This document shows, piece after piece, positions 26,331-38,319 of a DNA stretch of 64,000 nt. The position numbers and the translations under genes were made by a program. Within the stretch, counting starts at the first letter, position 1; each line of letters starts with the position of its first letter. The DNA comes from Entomortierella parvispora E1425 (taxonomy: Eukaryota; Fungi; Mortierellomycota): NCBI GenBank assembly GCA_020891255.1, contig BQFW01000006.1:1054001-1118000 (forward strand), written 5' to 3'. Below the pieces are notes generated by a model, which did not search any database, was not told the origin of the DNA, and worked only from the letters and a program-made list of their open reading frames with translations.

Positions 26331-27918
26331 CTATGCAGCCAATGAATCATCACTTTGTTGTACATGCTGAGAGATTTCCGCAACTGGTGGCGCCTTCAGA
26401 ACATCCGTTGCGGCTTCCGCGGCAGCAGCGGCTGCCTTTGCAGCCTTTGCGGCAGCAATTTCGGCCTTTTCTTCCTTGGTCCGTAACCGCCTGCCTGCGG
26501 CCGCAGGTTTAAACCCTGTTCGCTCCCGGACCACGACCAAAGGTTCGTACCATCCACGCGTCAAGCCACCTTTCTCTCGATCCACCGTGTTGAATGGTGG
26601 CTTCAGCGATCCTTTGAAATACTGCACGACTACTTCCTGGAATCTCTTTCGCCTCCGTGCCTCGACAGGGTCCACGATCTCCTCCGCTACAGATGCCTCT
26701 GTTGTAGAGACTTGTTCTGATCCCTCGACTGTTTTGATAAGCTCGATGGCGGCTGTTGGCGTTGCCTGGACTCGATACTCGTAAAGATCCTCCTCCTCCT
26801 CGCCTTCTTCTTTGTTCGGGATATCCATGGCTGCTCCAAAGGCCTTTGTCTGTTGTGTAGACTCCTTTGCGCCAACTCCCTCGTGCTTCTGAAGTAAGTA
26901 ACAGAACCACCGATGGCCAATCTGTACATGGGTCACCTCGTCTTCGTGAATGAGCTGCAACATCTTTGCAGAGTCCTCGTCACCCGACCGATCAAAGCGA
27001 GCAATAGTGGCCGGGTTCACATCCAGTCCTCGAGATTCAATCGTCATATGAACGACCGCCATCCTTGCCAAAGCTGACCGAGCCGTATCTGTGCAGGAAT
27101 CCCAGATGGAGGCATGGACAGGCAATTGACCATAGAACGCTCCCTGAGATTCTAGCCTTTCGACAAGCCATTTGAAATGCTATCAGAAGGAGAACAGAAA
27201 TGAAGGTGTTGAGTAAAAAAATAAAAAAAAAGGTTTTTCTGGTCAATGTGGAACGAAATCCTTTCGTAAGAGACTCTCTTTGTCCGCCCTGTACCTTTGA
27301 TTCATCGCAGGCCATCTGCATAAAGTCGTCAAAGAACCGATTAGGCATAGTAAACTCTTGCTGTTCACCCTGTTGCAGTCGTTGCTGTTGTTCTTTGTTG
27401 CCCTCTTCTTGAGACTGGGCTTCCATCTGCTCTCCTGTCTTTTCGGCCGTTTCCTGCATGTCGCGGGCTCCAGCGGTCGCCTGGGTATAGTACCCAAACC
27501 GAGCCATGTTGTCCAGTGCAGTATCGATGGCCCATTGCTCCACGTTTGCCAAAGCATGCAAGATTGCAATCCGACTCGACAGCGACCCAGCCCTGCCGAC
27601 CTTGACTCCATAACCTGGTCGAACAAACTCGAGATTATCGGGTCGAAGAGGGATGTCTGGCGGTGTGGCGCGTCCGAGAGGAAGGATTGGCCCCTTGCTA
27701 GTTGTGGATTCTGTGGAGGAATGAGACTCTTTTCTGGACTCGATGGTCGCACGCCATTGTTCACCGAGCAGCAGAGTCAAATCGGCCTTTTCGACGGGAT
27801 CAATCACATGCATGATGTGGACGCATCTCTCCAAAAGCGAATCACAGCCAGCGGGGAATTGGACCTCCTTCTTACCCCTCTCCACCGGCAGTGGTGTCGG
27901 CACTGCATCTGTGTCCAT
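26331..27918 (-). CDS. DUF455 ferritin-like di-iron-carboxylate domain protein (490 aa; exons 27918-27295, 27179-26331)
   Basis: ILHALANVEQWAID, DESKHF, G.LPVH..IW, HMTIESRGLDVNP and IHEDEVTHV.IG.RWF motifs; one GT-AG intron. Confidence 0.85.
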
Positions 27919-28074
27919 GTGGGTCGAACTGTCTGCTGTCGTGGAATTGATGAGAGAAGAAAGAGAATGTTGTTCAAGTTTGATTTTTTATTTTTGTATT
28001 TTTTGACACAATCAAAAAAAACGACATATTTCAGGTATGAGGGGGTGTTTGGGTGCAGTGATTAGAGGGACGCT

Positions 28075-29326
28075 TTACAGCTCATCCATGGCGCGCATGG
28101 TCTCCTCGAGCTCATCCTTGATCTTCTTGTTCTCGGCATTGATGGTCTCCCACTTGATCTCGTAGGCCTCGTTCTCCTTCTCCAAGGTCTTGACCTTGCG
28201 CTCAAGATCCTCGTTCTTCAGCTCCAACTCGCGAACCCTATGGTGCAAATAGGACAAATCAACTGGTGAGCATGTTTCTTGTTCGTCTGGCTTGTGAGCG
28301 AGAGAGAGAGAGAGAGAGAGAGAGAGCAAACGTAACAATGGCAGCCAAAAATAAGAAAATATTGGAAAGTAGTGTCGTTTTGGGTGCCCAACAACGCAGA
28401 TTGACCACAGAGACTGCCAGCCCTTGATACCATGTCCTCCCCTTAGCAACACGAGGGAAAAATCTTGCGCGTGCGCTTCAAAGATAACGAGCAACTGCCC
28501 GTTGGCCATTTGGTATCTGCTGGTGCACGCACGTATGCACACATGCGAACGACACAAAACAAAGAAAGAAAGGGACACGAGGGGAAAAACAGAGCACAGA
28601 ATGGTCAATCAAACTCACTTGGACTTGGAGTCGCTTCCACCGGTCTCGGCCTTCTCCAACTGACCCTCGAGCAAGGCGATGCGGTTGTTGAGAGAGATAG
28701 CCTCCTGATCCTTGGCGGAAACCTCGGCCTTGGCGGCAGCAAGGTCGCGCTCGGCAATCTCGGCACGGGTCTGAGCAGCGTCAGCCTCGGCGCGGAGGTT
28801 AGTGAGTTTCTACGGAAAGTGTAGATGAACAGTTAAACACGGTTAGCAATGTTGGAACGAATGTAGTTCTTCTCTTTTGCTCCTGTTCGGCTGGTGGACT
28901 GTCTCTTGTCAACAGTGCTATCTCCTTTCTCATTCTTTCATAGTCTGGTCCAAGGCAAAACGAATGGGCCGCCGAAAAGGTTGATGTGTTTGGTTTCGCT
29001 TATTTTCCGACGTCCAAGGATCGCCACTCTGGTCTGTAAGGTCTGGACGATCATCTTCCTAGTCCATTCTTAATGCCGCAGTCGCAGAGCGCAGACATAT
29101 GCGCAGCGCAAGGAGTAGTGGCGATGCTTGTGGGTAAGGACTATTGGGTCGACAACTGTCCTACCTCCTTCTCTCAACGAACTGAAAGAACGTCTGCTCG
29201 TCCCCCCTGAGGAAGAGGATCGCACGAGGAGGACGGGCGAGGAGCAGAGAGACAGACGGATAGACGGGCGGACGAGATGAGAAGAGAGGGATGAGGGCGA
29301 CAACTTACTTCCTTGAACTTGTCCAT
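28075..29326 (-). CDS. TPM: Tropomyosin, 123 aa as spliced (exons 29326-29309, 28809-28619, 28237-28075)
   Basis: MDKFKEKLTNLRAEADAA...ISLNNRIALLE...LERKVKTLE...DELEETMRAMDEL; coiled-coil heptads; canonical splice sites; 372 nt total. Confidence 0.9.
28299..28326. repeat. (GA)n dinucleotide microsatellite in tropomyosin intron 2
   Basis: Direct reading. Confidence 0.9.
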
Positions 29327-30121
29327 GTTTATGTGTGTGAAGGGTAGATGATGATGATGAAGAGAGATGCGGACAGAACGACACAGAAGCGCGCGACTTT
29401 TTAAAGAGAGCCGCTGGCAAGAAGAGAGCACTTACCTCCGCTGACTGAATTTTTATTTATAGAGGTCGGCACAGCAGCCATGACGTATTAGAAGTGATTT
29501 TCATGCACGTCTACATCGCATGCGCTGTGGTTTCTGCGTTTCTGTTGGACCCTCCATGGCCATTTTGACAAGAACCACAGAGTGCAGGACGGACACCTCC
29601 CAACCTTGGATCTTGTGTCCATCCTCGACACCCTACCACCCTATTCCGGCTTCACCTCTTGTCCCCACTCCAACTGCAAGGGGCACGCAAGGGGTCCTGC
29701 CCGAAATCGCTCCAATTGAGCGCGCGTCGTCCCTCACAGGCCGTTTCCAATTCGAAGGGGACCTTTTTCCTGTTCGTTGCAAGACCCGTCAAATCGCCGA
29801 TTCCCTCTACTTTTTTTTTCTTTTTTTTTTTTTTTTTTCTTTGGAGTACCCTCATATCGTTCCTAGCAACTTTTTTTTTTCTTTTTCTTCTTCTTCTTCT
29901 TCCTCACTTTCCTTCCCTTGAAAACTTTTCCCACCCGTTAATTGAAAGAAAGCACCCAGTCTCCAATACTTTTTTTTATCTATAGATTTTTCGTCTTACA
30001 ACTTGCCCATTGACATTATCGTCAATCCCTGCATCGTTCTGCGAACACTCTTCCTCCCTGCCGTTGCTCCCCTCCCCCGTTATCCTCATCCCACGCCACC
30101 AAAAGGGACATCCAGTTAACC
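29327..30121. promoter_or_regulatory. Divergent promoter region between tropomyosin and eEF3
   Basis: Head-to-head genes; TATA-like elements on the minus strand near 29400 and 29455; long poly-T tracts upstream of eEF3. Confidence 0.45.
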
Positions 30122-33100
30122 ATGTCGGATGACATCAAAACTTTGAACGAGCTGATCAAGGCCACGGAAGAGGCTTCGCTCAGTCCCCAGGACCGCAAGG
30201 CGCACGCGGCCAAGGTCGGAGCTCATGTCAAGAAGATTGGCGTGATCAAGGCCTTTCACGATGGTCATCTGGTCAAGACCTTGACCACTTTGCTCGAGAA
30301 CAAGAAGCAAGCCCACTTTCGTGAGGCCGCCCTCTTTATCTTGGCAGATGTCAGCAAGGCTGTTGATCAGGCTGGAGAGCCCTATCTAATTCCTTTGATG
30401 CCCAAGGTCCTCGATGGATATGCAGACAAGGCCGTCTCGGTCAGAGATGCAGCCGATGAGGCCAGTAAGGCCATCATGGCTCTTCCCTCTCGCTATGCAG
30501 TCAAGCTGCTGCTGCCTGTTTTGTTTGACTCTATTGAGAATGGACGATGGCAAACCCAGTGCGGTTCCTTGAAGATCTTGTCGGGTCTTTCAAAGACTTC
30601 TCCCAAGGTAACAAGAGAACCCCAATGCACGATGACGGGATGAGTGGTGGTGTGTTTGCTCATCTGCTCCCTGGAACAGGAGGCGGTTGCTTTTTCTCTT
30701 TTGGTTTTTTGTTTCTTTGTTTCTTCTGTGGTACCAGATCCACAGATCATTGCACAAGGTCGGACAGGAATGTGCGACGATGCTTAACCAATTGATAGTA
30801 CCTCGTTTCTTTCATTTGCTCCCTTCATGGCTCGATCATCAACGATCCTTTTATCTCCTTTTTGCTCCTGTTACCCAATTCCCTTGCCTCCTTTGAATCC
30901 TATCTGTTCTCTGTGGCCTTCTACTAACCCCGTTTTCATCATTATCTCGCTTTTTTTTCTCTTCACTTCTTTTGCGATAAAATGACGCTTTTGGTCTCCT
31001 GCAGCAAATCAGCAACTGTCTTTCCGAGATCGTGCCTGTTCTGAGCGCCAGTATGTGGTCCACTCGTCCAGAGGTAAGACACCAAGCACTGCTCCATGAC
31101 CATACCTGCCATTCGCGTATGGCGCGTGAGCAGGTCTTGAACTTTGCCTGCAGTATGACTGGTGCGGGAGCCGTGGGACTTTTTATTTTTTTTATTTTCT
31201 GCTCACTCGCCGTTGTTTGATTTGTAGGTCCGTGAAGAGGCTACCAAGACCACAACTGCTTGCTTTGACGTCGTCGGTAATCCCGATCTGACGTCTTCCA
31301 TCCCCTATCTTGTCGGATGTATCAACAGACCAGAGGAGGCCCCCGAGTGTATTCACCAGCTGGCCTCCACAACCTTTGTGACCACGGTCGAGGCTCCAAC
31401 ACTTGCCATCATGAACCCCCTGTTGATCCGTGGTTTGGCGGAGCGCTCACCTGCTATTCAGCGTCAAACCGCCGTCATTATTGACAACATGTGTAAGCTC
31501 GTGGAGAACCCCGCTCACGCGCACCAGTTCTTGCCAAAGCTTTTGCCTGGTCTTGATCGTATGATTGAGATTGGTGCCTCTCCCGAATTGAGATCGGTTG
31601 CTGAAAAAGCCAGGGCCACTTTGGTTCGTGTCGGTGGAGGTGAGAAGGGTCACGACGATAGCTCCGTCAACATCGCTTATGAAGTAAAGCCTGCCGAGGT
31701 CAAGCAGGAGATCAAGAAGCATTTGCTAAAGGAGGTCAAGGTTGACGACTTTGTCAAGACCAGTTTGCTTTATTCTGCCACTTTGTGCTCCGAGTTGATC
31801 ACTGCCCGCGATTTTGAGCAAGAGGCCTGGCATGCATCCATCGAACCTTACCTTGTCACATTCACGTCCAAGGATGAGGCCAAGAGGGTTGCCTCGGTCG
31901 TCCATAAGCACTTTGTGGACTTTGACGCCAAGAACACCCGTGACAGTGCTGCTGTCGTTGATGTTGAGGAGGGAGAGCTTCTCTGCGATTGCGAGTTCTC
32001 ACTTGCCTATGGTGGTATGATTTTGTTGAACAAGACCCGTTTGAACCTCCGTCGTGGTCAGCGTTACGGTCTTTGCGGACCTAACGGTGTCGGAAAGTCT
32101 ACCTTGATGCGTGCCATTGCTGATGGCCAGCTTGAAGGATTCCCTCCACCAGACGAGCTCCGTACCGTCTTTGTAGAGCACAACCTTCTGGCTGAGGAGG
32201 CCGATCTGCCAGTTATCCAGTTTATGTTTGCAGATCCCAAGCTTAAAGATATCCCCCACGAGGAAGTTGTTGAAAGATTGGCCAGTGTAGGATTCACGCC
32301 CGCAATGCAGCAGCAGGCTGTCGGTTCATTGTCTGGTGGATGGAAGATGAAGTTGGAGTTGGCTCGTGCCATGTTGATGAACGCCGATATTCTCTTGCTG
32401 GATGAGCCCACCAACCATTTGGATGTCTACAACGTCGCCTGGTTGGAGAACTACTTGACCAGTCTCACCAACGTGACCTCGATGGTTGTCTCCCACGACT
32501 CGAGCTTCTTGGATAACGTCTGCACTGGCATTATCCACTACGAGAACCGCAAGTTGAAGAAGTACCGTGGTAACCTGTCCAAGTTTGTGGAGCAGTACCC
32601 CGCCGCCAAGTCTTACTACGAGCTGAAGTCCTCTCTCGTTCACTTCAAGTTGCCAGAGCCCGGTTTCTTGGATGGTGTCAAGTCCAAGGATAAGTCTTTG
32701 CTCCGATTCGTGAACATCTCGTTCACTTACCCTGGTAACACCGTTCCAACCATTCGCAACATGTCGGCTCAGGTCTCGCTCAACTCCCGTGTCGCCGTCG
32801 TTGGACCCAATGGTGCTGGAAAGTCGACTTTGATCAAGGTATTGACTGGAGAAACAGTTCCTCAAGTCGGAGAAGTCATCAAGCACCCCAACTTGCGTGT
32901 CGCTTACGTGGCCCAGCATGCTTTCCATCACGTTGAGCAACATTTGACAAAGACCCCCAACGAGTACATCCGCTGGCGTTACCAGTTTGGTGAGGATCGC
33001 GAGTTGGCCAGTAAGGCTTCCCGTCAGATCACGCCTGAGGAAGAGGCTCAAATGAAGAAGTTGATCCCTTGGGAGTTCAATGAGAAGACTGAGAAGGTTC

Positions 33101-33801
33101 AAATCGACGACATCTACGGTCGTCGCAAGGCCAAGCGCTCGTTCGAATACGAGATTCAATGGGTCGGTCGCCCCTTTGACGACAACGCTTGGATTTCTCG
33201 CGAGTTGTTGGAGGACTGGGGTTTCGAAAAGTTGGTCCAGTCCTTTGATGACAAGGAGGCTGCCCGTGCCGGCGCGTGGACCCGTTCATTGACCGCTGTC
33301 GAAGTGGAGAAGCATTTGGGCGATTTGGGTCTTCCTGCCGAGTTTGCCACTCACAGCCACATCAAGGGTCTTTCTGGAGGTCAGAAGGTCAAGGTTGTTT
33401 TGGCTGCTGCGATGTGGCTCAACCCCCACATCTTGGTTCTGGACGAACCTACCAACTATTTGGACCGAGATTCACTGGGTGCTTTGACCGAGGCTTTGAG
33501 GGAGTTTGGAGGTGGTGTGGTTATCATTTCCCATCACCGTGACTTTACGGGGGCCATTTGCACAGAGACCTGGTCGATCGATGCCGGAGAGCTGACCGTT
33601 ACTGGTAACAACTACACGCAGAGGGCCGAGAGCAAGATTATCCAGAAGGAGGCCGAGACCAAGATCGATGCTTTTGGAAATGTGGAGAAGGTCAAGTCAA
33701 CCAGGAAGCTGTCCCGCAAGGAGATTAAGGAGAAGCAGAAGCGACGCGCCGCGGCCAAGAAACGCGGTGAGGAAGTCTCTGAGTCTGAGGAGGAGTTGTA
33801 A
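30122..33801 (+). CDS. YEF3: Fungal translation elongation factor 3 (1042 aa; exons 30122-30607, 31005-31073, 31228-33801)
   Basis: N-terminal HEAT region, two ABC cassettes (GPNGVGKST, LSGGWKMK, DEPTNHLD; GPNGAGKST, LSGGQKVK), chromodomain-like insert, and a basic tail ending in an acidic segment. Confidence 0.95.
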
Positions 33802-34019
33802 ATAATTTGTTAAAAAAAGAAAGGGCGCAGCAAAAATGGACAAATGATGTCGCCCTCTGACTCGGTGGTCCCCACCAAAGCTGAAATGCCACCAGCAGAT
33901 CTAGAAAAAGTCAGTCAATAAAAAGCATCCAAAGTATCGAGTTTGCCCCAGAGTGAACCTTTGTACTCTTTCCTAACCACCACTTCCCTCCCTCTGCCAT
34001 CGAACAAATATCATTCACA

Positions 34020-34997
34020 ATGTCAAATAACGAGTCTATCCTTCCCTGGCCGTCTCATCCCAGTGCTGGAATGGAGGTCTTCTCTAGCACCAAAATCAAA
34101 CCTCGCCTTGCCGCTCATGTCGTTGCTGAAAACAAAGACGAGAACAACGAAAAGTTGCGGGTTGGACTCTTCATCTTTGATGATGAAGCGAATGCATGGA
34201 AACACACAGGCGACGTCTTTGAGCATGTCTGGACCGGCGATTGGCTCATCGGGGACCGTCAATACCATTTTCTCTTCAACGAGGATATCCCAATTCTCTA
34301 TGTTATAACACGGGACGACAACACGCTCTACGCTCTCGATGCAACTGATCACCTCAAAATCCTCGCAAAGGTTGCCTTGCCCTTCCGCCCTGCCAGCCAC
34401 ACCTTGTCTCTTTCCCCCTCAAACTCTGCACTCTACATCTCCAGTACTTTTCCCTGGATCGTGAGTGTCTACGATCCCAAGACTCTTTGTCTACTGGGAA
34501 CCGCCCCTAGTGGTCGCCTGGACCTGGATGAACTGAGCGACGAGGACAGAGCCGAATTAGCAGCCACGTTTCACAGCCCTTCCACCGCTATTGCCCATCG
34601 CCGTGTGTACCTGGATGGTGACCACCGTGATGCAGTGGTGATTGACACGCCAGAGTTGTGTTGCATCTCCCACAGGCTAGCCTACCGTCTATCACCCTAT
34701 GTGGATCTAGTCTATTCCCGAGATGCCACCGAGAGGCCTTGGCTTTTGGACTTGCAAACATTGCGTAAAGTAGTGGTGGACTTACTTGGGGGCAGATGCA
34801 TCGATCTCGAGTCTGCAGATTCTTCCAAAATTGTGTTCCGTTGTGCATACAATGATATCAATCGCAGGGCAGGAACATACGAGGTTCCTCTAGAACAGCT
34901 CTCGAAGTGTTTGGATGCGGAGGGCCATCTATCTGAGGATGCTCCTACTACCATTCGCTTCAGTACTGTTACTGTTCATAAATCTAGCAGAAAATAA
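34020..34997 (+). CDS. Intronless hypothetical protein (325 aa) with YVTN/YncE-like beta-propeller-type repeats
   Basis: Long clean ORF with ATG, TATA-like/CT-rich upstream sequence and AATAAA downstream. The segment LYVITRDDNTLYALD...LSLSPSNSALYIS...VSVYDPKT resembles YVTN blades. The family call is tentative. Confidence 0.65.
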   Translation: MSNNESILPWPSHPSAGMEVFSSTKIKPRLAAHVVAENKDENNEKLRVGLFIFDDEANAWKHTGDVFEHVWTGDWLIGDRQYHFLFNEDIPILYVITRDDNTLYALDATDHLKILAKVALPFRPASHTLSLSPSNSALYISSTFPWIVSVYDPKTLCLLGTAPSGRLDLDELSDEDRAELAATFHSPSTAIAHRRVYLDGDHRDAVVIDTPELCCISHRLAYRLSPYVDLVYSRDATERPWLLDLQTLRKVVVDLLGGRCIDLESADSSKIVFRCAYNDINRRAGTYEVPLEQLSKCLDAEGHLSEDAPTTIRFSTVTVHKSSRK

Positions 34998-36153
34998 CTC
35001 ATATGTAATATACAAATAAAGACCATTGAGGATCAAGTTCAACTGGTTGAAAGGCTACAGTGCTGGGGCACGTACGAGCACAATTGAACCAAAAACCCGC
35101 TAAAGACACCCTGCCCCCTGCTTGGTTGACAAACTCTATGGGTCACAAGTCAATAGAGTCACTCAAGGAGAACGCTTCTTGCATCCAAGAAAGTGGGATG
35201 AGCTCAGCATCGAGCATTGGACGCAAGTTCAATCCCAGGAAACGAATGACCAATTTAATTACGTGCACAAATGAAATGTTCACGTACAGGCTATTTTTAC
35301 CAGTGTATCGAACTTTTGGTGCTTTGGAGATTGTGAATTGTGGCTGGATCTGAAGGACAGACCAGAGCCAAACGAACAGTGGCCAGGCAAAAGAAAAGAA
35401 CGTGCATTCATGCAATCCCTTGAATGGAACATGACAATGGAAGCTCCACCGTCCGCGCTACCCCAGCAAACTCCAATGGATGCACAACTACAGCCATTGC
35501 ACGCCACCACTCATTTTCTTGAACTGGTCTTCGCACTCCTGCTTTTTCACGCGCACGCTCGCCTTTAGGATCTGCCGATACGGGAGAGAAGAGCAAGGCT
35601 TTGGTTTTGGTCAAACAGGATTGTTCACCCGTGCCAGAGACCCACCCGTTGGTACCTTTCTGTCCCTCCCTACCGCTGCAATGGCCTATTCCTCAAGCCC
35701 AACTGACAATTTGTGGCTCACAAAAAGCATGACATGGTTTGTGGACCCAAGAAAAAAAAAAAGGCAGATTCCCGGGCAATGATATCAACCAGGCAAAAAC
35801 ACGTAATGGTCGCGCGAAAAACGCGTTTTCCTTGATGAAATGAGATAATTTGGGGGACGGAACCTTCCTCCCTTCCATTTTTTTCATGTTTCCCTGGCTA
35901 TGCCATGAATGCTTGATATGATGTTGCAAAGAGTCAGCATGGTCCTACGATACTCAATTGTGCGTGAGAACTGCTTGACTCTATCGTGGACAACTGAGCC
36001 ATCAAATCAGTGTTCGTTCTGGGTCCTTCGTTTCCTGGTTCAGAAAAGGTATAAATACCCCCATCGTTGTCACTTTGTAGATCTTCATTCCTGTCTACCT
36101 CACTTTTCTTTTCCCCCTCTTACAACCCTACCACCACTCTCAATCACATCAAT

Positions 36154-36810
36154 ATGTTCCACCGCCACCACGACGGATCTCTCGAAGTCACCATCCACTC
36201 TGCCCACGGCTTGGATGATGTTGAGCGTTTCGGAAAGAACGATGCCTACACTCGCATCTCCCTTGACTTCAAGCACGACAAGTCATTCGAAAAGACCTTT
36301 GTCCACAAGAACGGAGGCGAGAACCCCGTTTGGAACCAAACTTTGACTTTGAAGGACCTTAAGCCTGAATACCACGATTTGTACCTCGAGATCCTCGATG
36401 ATGAGACCACCGTGGATGCCCCTATTGCCTTTGCTGCCATTCCCTTGAACCAGGTCTTTGAATCTCCCAACAACACCTTCTCGGGCAAGTTTGACGTCTA
36501 CACCCCCAGCGGAAAGACCAAGGGCGAGATCAACTTGACCATTCGCGCGCTCCAGCCCGATGAGAGTGCTCAGGGTCAAGTTTCTTACGATGGCTCCGAC
36601 AGAAAGGGTATCTCCCGCATCGACGAGGCTCACCAGAAGCGCGTCAAGAGCTTGAAGAACAAGGAGACTGCCGCCGATGTAGGTGGTGTTGCGCTCGCTG
36701 GCTTGGCTGCCCTCGGTGCCGGTTACTTGTTGACCAAGCAGGACAGCAGTGAGAAGGACAAGAAGGAGGCCGAGGAGAAGTTGAGAAACGAGGCTCGCGA
36801 GTTTGCTTAA
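36154..36810 (+). CDS. Small C2-domain protein A (218 aa, intronless) with C-terminal Gly/Ala-rich hydrophobic helix
   Basis: LEVTIHSAHGLDDVERFGKNDAY, NPVWNQ and EILDDETTVDAPIAFAAIPL; TATAAA at about 36050. Confidence 0.88.
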   Translation: MFHRHHDGSLEVTIHSAHGLDDVERFGKNDAYTRISLDFKHDKSFEKTFVHKNGGENPVWNQTLTLKDLKPEYHDLYLEILDDETTVDAPIAFAAIPLNQVFESPNNTFSGKFDVYTPSGKTKGEINLTIRALQPDESAQGQVSYDGSDRKGISRIDEAHQKRVKSLKNKETAADVGGVALAGLAALGAGYLLTKQDSSEKDKKEAEEKLRNEAREFA

Positions 36811-38319
36811 ATCCATTCTAGATAGTCCATATACCAACAAACTTCACTTCCATGTACATATTCCTCCAAAAAGCAACCAAAAAAAACCCCCTGTGCAACC
36901 TCTTGCCGCTAACACACGCGTTTATTTCCCCTTGGAACTGAACAAAGCGTGTTGTTGTATTGTACCATCGTACAGAATCAAATAAAAGAAAAAAAAAATG
37001 AAACCACAAAAAGACAAAAAAAAACGGTGAGAAAAAGGGTGGGAGTGAAAAAAATCGGTGATTTTTTTTTTTTGTTTGGACCGGGTGCATGAGTTTAAAG
37101 CCCTGAACCTGTTTGCCGCTTTGGAAAGGAAAGCGCGTCTTCGAGCTCAGCCAAGCTTCAGGAGGGGACACGATTCATGCAGGTTGGTGATTGGCGTCAA
37201 CACGCACACGCACCCCTCTTACACCGAGTCGTGCTGCATCCTCTCTGTCCTCCTGTTGCATGAGACAATTAAAAAACGCACAGGCAAGGTCAATGGTGCA
37301 AGCAGGCAGCTTGACTTTCCATGGGGACAGCCAAAAGAGTAGAGGGATCTAAAAGTCCCTCCACCGTGTGAGTTTTTTTTTTTTTTTTTTTTTTTTTCAG
37401 CCTTTTTACTTGGGTGCAGCAATTGGCACCACAAACTACGCGACACTGTGAGATAGAAACAGGTCCCAATGGAGAGATGAGGAAAGAACCCTTCTGCCCT
37501 GGGACATACAGGCATTCACATGGACCTGGCACATTGGCACATTGAGTTTCCTGATTCTTTCGTCCTTTTGAAAATGTTTAAAAATAGATCGACAGACGAT
37601 GACGACGGATCTGGGAAGGAATCCTCGTTATCTCAATGCCAATTTGCAAATGTGATCCACTGGTCCTGGGGACCCCAAAGGCCTTCTGGTGAACTGATTA
37701 TCCTGTCTGCCTTCTGGAATTGCTGTCTCAGCGTAGAAACTAATAGGGACAGTGAGCCCGAACGAGATGTGGTCTTCAGGAACAGACAAACAGGCCTTGT
37801 AAAGAACAACCCGCGGTGGGGTGGGGAGGGTGGCTGTTGCCAGCGTGTGCCCCGCATCGCTCGCTTGGCTAATTTTCTTTTTGGCTGAATGAGGGGCGTA
37901 CATGAATAGAACAATATTATTATTGTGTGAGAACTTGTACGTGTGAAGGATCCATCTGTGGCTTTTGGATGCAAAACTGCACCATCGGATGCGAGTTTCT
38001 TCCGCGTCCTGAAAAAAGAACAGAAAGGCATGATCCCAGACTCATTCCATTGCGTGCTGAGCTATGGGAGGGGTCTCTGCCCCCGAGAAAGTCGACAGAG
38101 AAACGGCCGTTGTCCAAACTTATTCAGAAACAGTAATATTTCTGCATCCCCAAGTTCCTGCACCCCCCCCCCCTTCTTTCCCTGTTGCCATATAAATACC
38201 TTTGGTGGGATCGGTCTTTGTCCTCTTTTTTTTTTTTTCTCAGGCTTCTTCAAACACACAAACACTTTTCCACACCAACCACTCCCACCCTTCAACCTCC
38301 ACCCACATATTCAAAGAAA

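Noticed and set aside
28400-28520. Candidate cassette exon in tropomyosin intron 2 (CAG...GTATC)
   Set aside because: Wrong exit phase and a non-coiled-coil translation; it cannot supply the missing 38 residues.
29430-29480. ACTTACCT (U1 5'-end-like) on the plus strand; equivalently an ATG-led mini-ORF with a GTAAGT donor upstream of tropomyosin on the minus strand
   Set aside because: No U1 stem-loops or Sm site in context. The mini-ORF (MAAVPTSINKNSVSG) is not tropomyosin-like and contains a TATA-like element.
35104-35568. A frame of about 155 codons interrupted by a single TGA (pseudogene or selenoprotein candidate)
   Set aside because: No start context, no recognisable domain, no redox motif around the TGA and no SECIS seen. 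One such frame is plausible by chance across six frames of intergenic DNA.
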